DNA from: Catajapyx aquilonaris
Lineage: Eukaryota
Direction of reading: 5' to 3'
Length of the DNA stretch: 20,000 bases
Assembly: GCA_000934665.2 (NCBI GenBank)
Contig: KZ538333.1
Location: 61,721 to 81,720, forward strand
The notes beneath the pieces were generated by a model. The model saw only the letters and a list, made by a program, of their open reading frames with translations. It had not been told where the DNA came from and ran no database searches. The position numbers were made by a program, and so were the translations under genes. Below are positions 1 to 11,900 of the stretch, piece after piece. Positions within the stretch are counted from its first letter, which is position 1; each line of letters opens with the position of its first letter.

Positions 1-607
1 TCCTGCCTACACTGCAAAGAGAGCCCTGAAGTCATTATTTTTTTTCACCGCCACAGGTAGTCTGTCCCACCCAGATAAAATTGCTTTGTTGTTCCACGCT
101 ACCGGCAGCTTCTCAGCTTTTACTTATGCTGACCACTCCAATCGTTTCTTTAGCAGCTGACTTAACGCCCCAGTAGCGGACAAGTGTAATTTCCAATCAG
201 AACGATCCAATGGGCGTTTTCTCGAATAAAAATAATGAGATTATGCGCAGTGCGGTATAGTAGAAACTCATTTATTATTATAGGAAGCCGGAGCTATATT
301 CCCACCTAGTGTCCATATACGGGTTGAGATGTGGGTGTTGTCTATGGAGGTGCTCTATCCTATGTGACCAGGGTACAAATAGGGTTAGGATACCATCCAA
401 AATGAAATAAAATGTGCGCCAGAAATACGCACATGCTAGTAAAGGCGTTGAGTGATTCCCAGATGGCAAATGTATTCAGCTCTGATTAAGCCAGTTACGA
501 AGGTGAAACCCTGAGAGGCTGACGTGTGTAAGGTCAAGTGAGGAGATGTGAGTGGTGGCAAGTGTCTAATGGGACATCCCTCCCCTTTTGGTTGTGAACT
601 TTTGCAG

Positions 608-3600
608 GCTTCGCTAGAAGAGGCGACGAGTGGCTTAGCGCGAATCCGCCTTCGCCCGGACGACCAAGGGCGGTTTGGATTCAACGTGAAAGGAGGATCG
701 GACCTGGGGATGCCCGTCATTGTATCCAGGGTGCTTCCAAACACCCCTGCTGACAGCTGCTTCCCCAGGTTGAACGAGGGAGATCAGGTATTTTGACCTT
801 TGCATGATGCACAGCCTTTTTTATCTTTGACGGATTAAAGCTAAATTGGTGCCATTGGAGATTTTCCTGTCTGTTGTCGGATGATTGAAGGGTGAGAGAT
901 TATCACACATCCTGTCAAACACTGACAAGGGGAGAGATTAGATCACATTTATGAATTAGCTGCGAGAAATTACTGTGTGTACCTGCTGAGTACATATGTT
1001 GGGTGAAGGGGTGATATGGCTGGGAGGGGGGTGGGGTGGGCATCATGTTAAACAGATTGACTTGACAACTATCCATTACAGGAAGTGGGCTTGTTCTGGG
1101 ATCTTGCCAAGTGATTATGTGCACCTCATGCCTTTAGTGTTGATATGACAGGAGCAGGATATAATATTCGAGTGTACTTTGTGCATTAGGGAAGAGAGAG
1201 TAGGAGGAAATATGGGAGATAATAATTGTCATATTGTGTGCTTTTATATGGTATGGGTGTGAAGGGACTATAGGTGAGTTGTTTATTATGTGCGTGGCTT
1301 CACATGTCTTCACTGGTCCATGTCTGTTTTATGTTTTGAGTGCCAACTGTTATGTAGGCCTAATGTTACATTTGGTTGAGTTCTTTGGTGGGTGGTCGTG
1401 AGATATTTTTTGTTGCTGTTGGGAACAGAGATGGCAAAGGTTTTGAGTTGCCACCAATAATGTTGCATTAATGTTATTCATCTGCAGTTAAAAACTTAAG
1501 GCAAGAAATCTAGGAACAGGGGCAAAGGTTTATGACAAGTGTATTTTGCTAAAATCACAGTACCGAGTAGGGCAACCAGAATGCCATTGTCAAAGGATAC
1601 CCAATGCACAAAGAAGAAATGGGTTTAGAACTGGTTTGAAGAACAATGTCTTTGGAAAACCGGTTGTAGAAGTCAAAGATCAATGGACTTAAAGACAAAT
1701 TTTACCTTTGCCCAGGATGTTGTTCCACTTAAACTAATCTGAAGTCATGTGCAAGTAGCAGTAACTACTCCATTTCCCGCTTTATTTTCCCTATCCTTCT
1801 CCACTATCCTCCAATTTGAGTACTTTCGGTGTAAATTTAAACACTGAGGCTACTTGGTACGCTACTGAATTGCACATTTCCAGAATGTGAAACTTGTTCC
1901 TCATGTGCACAATAATTATTTTTCGATTCTTCTCCACAGGTGGTGCTTATAAATGGTCGCGATGTATCGGGCATGACCCACGAGCAAGTGGTGAGTGTCA
2001 TTCGAGCCAGCCGTGAGACCTTATCGGGAGAGTTGACTCTCACAGTGCGGCAGAATGAATATGTTGCTGCAGATGAAGCAGAGGAGCCTGCCTTCCAGTA
2101 TGTCCCCGAGGAGTCCACTTCTGCTGCCTCATCACTTGTACCAGGTGGTGATGCCCTTGCTGAGTCTATGCTCTTATTAACAGAAGGGCTAGAAAGTGGA
2201 GCCTCTATGGCACAATTTGACCAACTATATCGCCGGAAGCCAGGCTTGTCAACATCAGAGGCCAGACGACCTGAGAATCTTCCAAAGAACCGGTATCGCG
2301 ACATATCACCATATGACTCCACACGTGTAGTTCTCCGCAGCTCTATTTCCACGGACTACATTAATGCCAATCATGTCAACATGGATATACCAGGTTCTGG
2401 GATCATCAACCGATACATTGCAACCCAAGGTCCACTTCCCAACACTGTGTCTGACTTCTGGCTAATGGTTTGGGAGGCACAAAGCAGCTTGGTGGTGATG
2501 TTAACAACGGTTGTTGAAAGGGGAAGGGTCAAGTGTGAGCAGTATTGGCCACCTCTAGGTCAGAGCCAGGACTATGGGGGAATACGGGTGGTGTGCAGCC
2601 GATACAAGGAGGAGACTGGATTCGTCCTAAGAGAGTTCTCGCTCGTTCACTTGCAGGTGAGCTGCCTCATTAGATGGCACTCATGATATCAAATATTTGC
2701 AATGACACCATTTGAAATAGTAACATGATGGTATCAATGTCAAGAGTTCACTCAAATTTAACATTTTTAAAGACTTAAATTTTTGTGTGAGCCATAAACT
2801 CAGTGTGCAAGATTTGGAAAGAGATGAGGATATTGACTTTAACCACATCAAGGTATACCTCCAAGTTTCCACCTCATGTGCTAAAGCTATTTTAAATCAT
2901 TAAACATAAAACTAAAATCTGGCAGTGCGAAAAGTAAATTATTACTTTACTGAATTTTTGAAAATGTTTTGTTACTTGCTATAGATTGTCAAATCCATTT
3001 AGCTAATGTATACTCTTGGGATTTTAAAATGTGTACAGGAGCAACAATAACCAAATTCATCTTCCATTGATCAATGCAGAGTTCTGAAGAGCGCCACGTG
3101 AGCCACATGCAGTACATGGCCTGGCCTGACCATGGGGTTCCCGAGGAGGCCTCCACCTTTGTAGATTTTGTGCAGCGTGTGAGGTGTGCTAGAGCTGGAG
3201 ATGTGGCCCCTGTGGTGGTCCACTGTTCAGCAGGAATTGGGAGGACGGGGGTGCTCATCCTCATGGAAACTGCTATGGGGCTTGTAGAAGCCAATGAGCC
3301 TGTCTTTCCACTTGATGCAGTGGCTTCCATGAGGGACCAGCGCGCCATGATGATTCAGACAGCTGTGAGTAGCCTCCAAGCTTTTTAATTACTGGATAAT
3401 TGTGGCTGTTAATAATAACTTGGAACTCGAAGCAAGTTTAAAGTCTAAAACCAATAACACTGTTAGACTGAGAGAGAACCAGCTTCCATATGTGGTGTTT
3501 AATGGCACTTAATAACCATTCCATTGCAGAGTCAGTACCGGTACGTGTGTGAGTGCATACTGAAGGTGTACCGGGAGGGGATAGTCAAGCCGCTGCCAGA

Positions 3601-3613
3601 GTTCCAGCGGTGA
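608..3613 (+). CDS. PTPN4: Non-receptor protein tyrosine phosphatase, PTPN3/PTPN4 (Ptpmeg)-like; last four coding exons, 5' part outside the window
   Basis: Exons 608-787, 1940-2656, 3080-3364, 3530-3613 (TGA), all GT-AG and phase 0. PDZ domain ([10 protein letters not shown]...LNEGDQ|VVLING...HEQVV). PTP motifs [53 protein letters not shown] and QTA|SQY. PDZ followed by PTP is the PTPN3/4 architecture; the FERM exons expected upstream are not seen. Confidence 0.93.
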
Positions 3614-4113
3614 AAAAAAGAGTTTGGTCCGACTGAAGCAGAAGGCAGCCTGTCAGTACAAAACCAGGAGAAGGAGGGGGGAAGAGAAATGAATGTGATA
3701 TAACTGTCCCCCGGTTCCCTCTCAACTTGCCTCCACTCTTCCCCTCCCCCCTCAAGAAACAGGAACTCTTGAGCCCATATTTGGCAGGTCCTTTTGAACT
3801 TGTTGACCTATGGCAGACTTTTTTATCATTTGATTTCAGGCAGTCTAAAAATGCAGTACTTGGGCATATATAGGGAAAGAATTTCCTAATCACATCATAT
3901 CCCTCCAGAGTGCCTTGGAAACCTTGGATCCAATGAAAACCACTGCCATCTCTCGGTAATTTTTTTTTTTCCGGCCTTACACTTGTGGAGATGTTAACAC
4001 AATCACGCACATCTGTCCAGGATAAAATAGGGGAAAAAATTATATGGCCTTAAAATGGGTGACAGAGAGAGCTAGAGATGGACACCTGAAGGTTGTGGAG
4101 GGACACTTTAAAA

Positions 4114-4119
4114 AATAAA
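4114..4119 (+). promoter_or_regulatory. Candidate polyadenylation signal (AATAAA) of the PTP gene
   Basis: AATAAA about 500 nt after the stop codon and before the convergent transferrin stop. Motif match only. Confidence 0.3.
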
Positions 4120-4564
4120 AGTAAACTGACTTTTGTTAATGCCCACATCAAATGCCTCACCCACTTCCAAAGTGCACCCGAGTTGTAGAAGAAATCGCTT
4201 GAGTTTACCGTTTCAATGAATCTATGTGAGAATTCATATTATAGGAGAAGAATTTATACAGGAAGAGAAGCATCCCAGTTGTTATGGTGAACTGGGAGTT
4301 TTTTAAATGTAGGGAAACATCTCCCATTGTGATGTACATAAATACTCTTGTGTAAGTCAAAATGTGTTTGATTTACATTCAATATTTTTCAGCAGGACCA
4401 TGATCAACTTATTACTGAATTGTTTTTGTGCAATTTTCAGGAGATGTCTAGGTTCAATAGTGGGAAATAACTGCTGGGATCTATTTAATTGGAATATAAT
4501 GAAAATATTGTACAACATTACATGTATAATTTTAATATTATGCTGACGTGAGCCGAGGAAGAGC

Positions 4565-7500
4565 TCAGAGTATATTAATTCCAGTGTGAATCGTAACAAA
4601 TGCAGTGAAAATAAATAGCTGACATGGCCGTAATGTGGCTGCTGATCCTGGTTGTGGTAAAATCTTATCAAAGCAATGTTCAAAAGCCTGCTGGATTTCA
4701 ACAAATGCATCCCACACTCCATCTCGACTCCTTCCTACAGGCTCCAGGTGAGATGTGAAGTCCTATTAAAAAACAGAAAATTGAAAACCCTAAGCAGCAG
4801 TGAATTGATGCATAACTTACATTAAAAATCACATGGGCCGTGATGTCTGGATGTCCAATGAATTTGTAAAGGACCCCTGTGGCATTATCTCCCATGAGCT
4901 CATTCACTTCCCAGAGAACCCGGATAATGTCTTGTTGCACCTGATCTACAGTATCTCGAGTTGTTACCACCTGAGGCCATGGGATCTGACCCCAGTGGCA
5001 ATCAAAGGGAAGCTTATCCAATGGCTGCGTTGTAGAGTCAGGGCATAACAAAAGGTATTCACTTGGGTTTTGAGTGAGTGGGCTCCAATTATCTAAAAGA
5101 AAGATATATCTTAGAATTAATTTTCACATAATCCCTGTAGTTGGGGCAGATACGGTATATTAATGACCAGCACATACTGCACTGGAAAATGCACAGGCAT
5201 GAGTAACCTGTGATTACCACTGACTGCTCCAGGAGGAATATTTCATTTGGAATTCTTTTGCAAGGAACCACCAAAATGGTATCTTTTTGTACTGGTTTCT
5301 GAGAGTAAACTACGTGTAGAATACCTGCATATATGCGACGAATCCCTCTTCTCTTCCGTTCCGTTTTAAATGGCTCTGCATCTTTCCAGTCAAGTTGCCA
5401 GAACAGTGCCTCTCCACTCACAAATGCAATTCCACCATTGTCAATCATGCAATTAAGTGCAACTCTGTCCAGATGCCTCGTGGTCTCTCCAAAAACTGGT
5501 GTGTTGCAAAGTGGAGGTTCACGGAAGCGACTGTGCCATAACTTTGGAGCTACCAATCTCTCTGGACACTTATTGCACAGTTTATCAGGATTATGACCCG
5601 AGGTGTCAACTAAAGGTGACTGCAGTCCAGTGGCACATCCTGAGTGGAAGAAGTGCGATGCCCACTTTACGTCACTGCACCGTGCCAGATTCTGGAAAGA
5701 GCCTACGTCCTTTTGGATCAGGTGGTACAGTGGGTACCACCACCCAGCACTAGTCCTGAACCCAGAGTGGCAGCTGTTTTTATCAAACAAGTCACTTGTG
5801 GTATGGATTCCAGATTTGTTTGACACAACAGCTAAGGCTAAAGATGTGAGGGTCCCTGTGGACAGTTGAGGAGCTGCCATTATCCTTTGCAGGTTCCGCA
5901 ATCTGTCATTGTAGAAGAAACATATGTATAGTGTATTGGGTCTAGAATGAGAATAATATTATGAGTTGTTATTTGTCATACTTTTTGAAGTTGGAGAAGA
6001 CCAGTGCATCTAAGACTGCAAAGTCAGCTTTGTTGCTGGCCAATTTGTCCATGCAAGCAAGAGTTTCTGATGCTGAGACACACTCAATAGTGGGGTGGAT
6101 ATGTAGAGATTTTGCTGCAATACTGATGTGCTCGCATTTGACCAGTGCTGTTACACTGTCAATGCAGAAGCGAACTGCTGGTCTGCAGCTTGAGCTCTGA
6201 TAAGAGGTCTGGAAACCTGGAACTTTCCATTTGAATAATATTTTTGACATCAGTTTTTACTTAAAATATTTGGGGAAAATGTAGCCTACATTAGAACCAA
6301 CCTGTACTTATGTAGTTCAGGGTAGAAAGTGGAGGATTGAGGGGTACTGCTTCATGACCTGGACGAATTTGGCAAATCAAATTGCCAGGATCGCACTCAC
6401 CATGAAGTTGAAGGTCAGACATGGAACTGTCCAATGTGGAATGCATTATTTTGTTGTTAATCAATTATGCATCAATTATTTTCTGACTCTGTACTGACCA
6501 CTGAGCATCCTCTTTGGCCAAAATGACTTCCCATGGTTGAGCACCCCAGATGCATGGACTGGATGTGGTGAGTGGCTGGAGTGTGTCATCAGGACATGCA
6601 AAGTGCATGCCATGATTATAACCACCATTTTTGTAAAAGAAGGAATGGATATCGTGAAGTGTTGTGAAGGCAACTCCTCCTCCATTCCCCATGAGACAAT
6701 CCATGGGGTCTGTCCATGACGGACGCGGGTTGCAGGTGGATTCCATACAATGAGGGCAATTGGCATAACCTGAAATCCAAGACAAATTGCGTAAATGGCC
6801 TGACTCTTAACCTGTAGTGTTCACCCACTTGTTGAATGTTTTTGTTTGTGTATGTTCACAGTGCAGATGGACCCAAAATAATCTCTGACAGCCGAGGCCT
6901 CCTCTTCCAAAGTTGATCTGCTACCAGGGCATGCCAAGTCTATTTTTGATGTGTTATACATCTGACAAAAAGGAGCACTCATTGGAGGAAGGCAACTGGA
7001 AAGTGCGATCAAAAATGGGCTGTGTTTACCATTGAGACAGGAAAGTGCCATGTGGCCGCATGTTGGCCATCCACACATAATCCTTTTTTGTGCATTTTAT
7101 GTTGGTAATTTCCGGTCCACGAACCTTTTATCACTGCCACGATTTTGCTTGCATAATCTTCTGCAAAGCGAACATAAATTTGTAATAGTGTGAATCTAAA
7201 AATAGGTTTTAAATCCAAACTTGCTCGCTGGTAACTTACCAAACTTCATCTCGGCATCTCTAATGGTCCCAATGACAGAAAAGTTTCCTTTGAAATATGT
7301 GGCAGTCAAATGGAGAAGGGCAGGATCTGCTAATGTGATATCTGCTTTTCCCCACATCACTTGATACAGACAATCCAACCTGTGTACAATTATTAGGGTA
7401 ATGACTAGTTTATATTGGGTAATTTACACAGCTCATTGAAACTGGACCTATTTTGCACTATTTGTTCTAGCAAACAAAATAATTTGAAAGTACGCGTACT

Positions 7501-7923
7501 GAAAAAAATTCATGGGATTATGTGGTGGTAAACTGCAGTTTTCTCTGTGTTCGGTGAATGGCTATTTCTACATCCTCTATTTGAAATAGTAATTATGCAC
7601 AATATCATTCTACTGACTTGTCCCGGCCATTGATCCAATGAAGTCTATAAGTCGCATGTCTCGGTGTCTGCACTTCATCTTCTGGTATGCACAACGTGTC
7701 TGGTAATAAAATTGCAATTATAATTAGTAAACAAATCATCTCATTGAAATAACATTGTACATTGTACATTTCAAAATCGAAAAATATAGACGGGAAAGTG
7801 TACTAGGGAGAAGAGCAGTGATATAAAATACTTACAGGATCGACCATGACAAATGACCTGTTCAAAAATGAGTATAAGTGCCGCAGTGGTAGGAAGTACC
7901 TTGTATAATGACAGGCCGCCCAT
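4565..7923 (-). CDS. Divergent two-lobed transferrin-family protein (750 aa) with signal peptide and probable C-terminal GPI signal
   Basis: Exons 7923-7836, 7699-7618, 7379-7240, 7160-7030, 6961-6829, 6769-6499, 6426-6302, 6216-5982, 5902-5325, 5092-4821, 4762-4565. All are GT-AG and phase-consistent, totalling 2253 nt. Motifs: YTLCIPE, GRDKLDCL...GKADITLADP, DCLMGNGGGVAFT, ACPDDT..PCIW (N lobe); VRFCIDS..KCE, IECV..ACM..KADFAVLD, SCHSGFRTSAGW, FFHSGCATG, KLCNKC, NCMIDNGGIAFV, YLLLCPDS..CHWGQIP (C lobe). The 6829 donor is the least certain boundary. Confidence 0.88.
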
Positions 7924-8379
7924 CTTAAATGTGTGAAGGTCTCCTACTCGGGGCTGCCAAAAATACATCTGGGATGAGGGCCAAACACTTGCAGTTTGTA
8001 GCGTTTGCGTATCTTTTTTATTTTATTACGTTGATACGGTAAGGATATTATGTCATGGCTTACGTGTGGGACTCTTTCTAAGACAGTATAAGGCCATTTC
8101 CTTCCATTCAAAGGAAATACCTTGTGCGATTGAGTCAGGACAATGGATGTGATGATTTCAAGGTTGCTGTTGTTTACAGCCCTTGATGTTTGGTGTACAA
8201 AACTTCGCAAGGCTCTCAGCGTCTTCGGCCCCATAGTGATTATTGCAAGTGTGAATATGCATAGGGTCTGAATCCAAGCATTCATTTTTATGACATTGAA
8301 CTAAATGTCAGACAGTGTCAGACTGACGACCCTTAATTATAGGGAAGCCTAATCCCAAGTATTTTTTGAGATAATAATT

Positions 8380-8979
8380 CCTGTGGGCCGTACTATCTAC
8401 TCAACCGATAGCGGCCACTAGTCTGGCATGACATCTCTCACATTCCTCGCCACGTATTGCCCTTTAAAGCGCCTTATCAACTTGCATGAAGTAGGTTAGT
8501 TAGGAGCCAGACAATAAGTGCCGGTTAAGTCATGTATGACACGACTTTTTATCTTTCCGTGGGAGGCATTAAAACAGCACAGAGTAAACTGTACCCTGCT
8601 GGAAACAGTAATGACAAATACTGTATGATTAGTGTCTCAACTAGGTCGTGTAGGCAACGCCTTGTTCGTATGAAATCAGACCGTCATCCGGGCTAAGTAG
8701 ACCGGTTTAGGAACGGGCCCGATTTTCGCAACAGTTTCAATAATCCCGCCGCATGAATTGGCCCCGCCCATTTCTTGCCAGCCAATCACAGGCTCGAATC
8801 ATTACCATCGTCAGACGATACCAATGTGATACCAGTAGTCCTCTGGTCCGATGGTATCACACTCTTCCAGTGCGATAAGAGAAGTTACAACAGGTCGAGT
8901 CGGCGTGCTTTTTACGGCATAGCTTCGTTTGAACCGGAGGAAAGCAGGAGGGACAATCGGAGTTGGGTCCATCAGCAAC
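8380..8979. promoter_or_regulatory. CpG-rich bidirectional promoter region shared by the transferrin-like gene and P5CDh
   Basis: Divergent ATGs at 7923 (-) and 8980 (+). Visibly more CpG than the flanks. GC box GCCCCGCCCA at 8761-8770 and CCAAT box AGCCAATCA at 8780-8788. Boundaries approximate. Confidence 0.55.
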
Positions 8980-11900
8980 ATGTTTCCATTGATCAAGAGC
9001 GTGCTGCCCAGAAGCGGGGCTGCCAACAGGTGAGTGCGCCTCCCCGGCTGGATCCCTCATTGCGATTTGACCTTGAAGGGGTGGAAAAGCACGTTGCGTA
9101 ATTGTTGTGCCGGGTTTCATTTAAAAGCTGGTTTTAATGGCGGTTGATACGTGGCCCCTCGTAATTTGGGGGGACAGGTGCCGGGTGCCCTTCAACCGTC
9201 GATTCAAGGGCATATATGGAGAGAGAGATTACTTCTTGGAGATTATGTGGGGACCAGAAGAGGGGGGCCGATAAGAGCGTGTGTGGCTGGCTGCATGATT
9301 GTGTTATTCAGTGTCATGGCTATGGGCGGGGTTTGGAATTAATTCAGGGCATTTCTTTCCTTCTTTCAGACTGCAATGTGCCTGCCGGTGCGTGTCGTCT
9401 GTTGTGCCCGAACTTAAGGTGGATGATTTCCGGGTACAGAATGAGCCATGTCTGGGTGAGTGGAGGTGACATGGAATTTTAAGGAAAACTGACACACTTG
9501 ATGCCAAACCATATGACTGTAATGAAATGACCAATATGGTCTGGTATGGTGTAAAAATGTTTAAGAATGGAAAAAATAATTATGTTTAAAAATTGTTAAC
9601 ATGATTGAAAGTATATAAAAAAAGGTAAAAATCAGCAAACAAGTGCACTTCCTCCGTCGCAGATGGTTTGCCATACCTTTCCGAGAAAAAGAAATAGGAA
9701 AAAAAATTTCATAAAGGCCATTTCACAAAAAAATGTCGTGCCGTTTGCCACGCGACATTTTTTTGTGAAATGGCCTTAACTCCTTTCGGGAAATGGTAAG
9801 CAACATGTACTACATTTTGATGTGCAGTATTTCATTTTACATTGATTTCAATACAACATGTATTACAGTAATATGCCATATCATTGCTTGAGGCTCATCA
9901 AGTGCCTGCTGGCAAGAGAAACATTTTGGTAATTTCCATAACCAAAATAAGTTTAACTATCATTGAAATGTTACAGGGTAATTTTGGTGCCTCTTATTTC
10001 CTGCACAAGTTACCTGCATATGAATTTTACGGGCATTGCTAAAGTCAAGGATCACTGTTGAGGTGTTTCATGTTTCTGAATTTCACTTTTTAGATTATGC
10101 CAAAGGGAGCAAGGAGAGAGTGGAAATGGAGTCGGCCGTGAAGGAGCAAGCTGGAAAATGTGAGGAGGTGCCGATAGTCATTGGGGGACAGGAGTATAAG
10201 ACTGATGATGTTCGCTACCAAGTTATGGTGAGCTTCTCGAGTTTCACTTTACCATATAATGACAACAAATGGTGTGGTTTTTGTGCAGCCCTTTGAACTA
10301 TAAAAAAGTGACTCAACCCATTTAGTTCATTATGATTCATTCATGACTGGTCATCAACCTCATTGGGCTTCAACCTTGAGTGAGTTGGACCATCATCCCT
10401 AAAAGTTACTCAACTTTGCAACATCGTAAACTATTTGTATGGAAGCCTCTGAAATGGTTAAAATTGGTGTTTAAAGGGCCTGTGACATTTTAATCCACAT
10501 ATGAAGTTTAATATGTTTGAAGTAGATTTATTTAGCGCCTTTGAAATTGAGTGCTAGGTTTTTTCACTTATCTATGCTCTTATGATTGAAGTTTTATCAA
10601 GATTAAAGTTATGGGGATGAGTATTTTGACCTTTCCTAGAAGCCTATTATCCTGAGTGTGTGTGTTATTGTTTGAGCATTCGATGCTTACATAAGTCTTG
10701 ATGACTACTGACCAGTTTTCCCAAACCAACCTCGTGTGCTCAGACAGTGCTTAAACAAAACTGAACTAGAACTTTCTTTTTATGCCTCAAACATGACACA
10801 TTTAGGCCCATTTGTAATCATAAATGATATCATGTCTGACATGTAGACTTCTTTGTTTCTTCCTCCATGGTTCATTCTGAAAATAGATGCATGAAATAAG
10901 GAGACTTGTCATAGACACTGCCTTCACTTCTCCGTTTCTCATTCCAGCCCTTCGACCACAAGAAGAAGATTGCGAAGTACTATTATGCTAACACTGTAAG
11001 ATATGCAATTTACTCTGTTGTTGATTGTATTGCCTAATCTCATGCTTCTGCTTCAGGATCTTGTCAAAAAGGCCATAAACGTGGCCAAGGATGCCCAACG
11101 TGAATGGGACCGAGTTCCACTGGATCACAAGATCCAGATGTACTTGCGAGCAGCTGACTTGTTTTCTGGGAAGCATCGTGCACGTCTCCTTGCAACAACG
11201 ATGCTGGGACAGGTGTGGTATTATAGTTACCAAAATGAAAAACAAGCATTTGTAATCCATACTGATGTTGAAAAGAGCATTTGACTTAACTGTATACAAC
11301 TGTGGCAAGAGATGTTTCAAGCTCAGAACTAAGGACAAAATGTGTGAATTCATCTCATGTTGTACTATTTTGCAATGCACTTAAATTGAACAATTATCTA
11401 CAGGCCAAGACTGTGGTACAGGCTGAGATAGATGCAGCTGCTGAGCTGGCCGACTTCTTCCGCTTCAATGCTTACTTTGCCAAGGAAGCCTCCAAGTACC
11501 AGCCCCTAAGTACTGACCCTCAGACCACCCGCAACTCAGTCCGTTTTCGTGGACTGGAGGGATTTGTGGCTGCCGTGTCCCCTTTCAACTTCACAGCCAT
11601 TGGAGGAAATCTGGCTTACGCACCTGCCTTGATGGGATGCAGTGTGGTGTGGAAACCATCTGACACAGCCCTGCTCTCCAACTATGCCATATACCAAGCT
11701 GTCAAGGAGGCTGGGTTCCCAGATGGAGTAGTCAACTTTGTGCCAGCAGATGGGCCCGTGTTTGGTGACGCAGTTACACAATCTGCTGATCTAGCTGGAA
11801 TCAACTTCACTGGATCTGTCCCGTCAGTAGATTTGATTAGCTACCAGTTTACGTAGAATAATGTTCTCCGAAGTTGTTGCAATTTTTGAATCTTACTTCA

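Noticed and set aside
1..430. Relatively CpG-rich intronic stretch with repeated CCAAT, possibly a transposon fragment or internal promoter
   Set aside because: No TIR pair, TSD or coding signal is visible within the window.
1022..1040. G-run tract GGGAGGGGGGTGGGGTGGGG (potential G-quadruplex) in a PTP intron
   Set aside because: Common low-complexity motif with no evidence of function.
3611..3760. Possible stop-codon readthrough of the PTP gene (about 30 open codons, purine/pyrimidine tracts that could pair)
   Set aside because: The stop context is TGA-A rather than the leaky TGA-C, and the pairing is low-complexity. No support without conservation data.
1837..4010. Antisense ORFs over the PTP exons (and similar ones over P5CDh, transferrin and PHOSPHO)
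   Set aside because: Shadow frames of real coding exons with no independent protein features.
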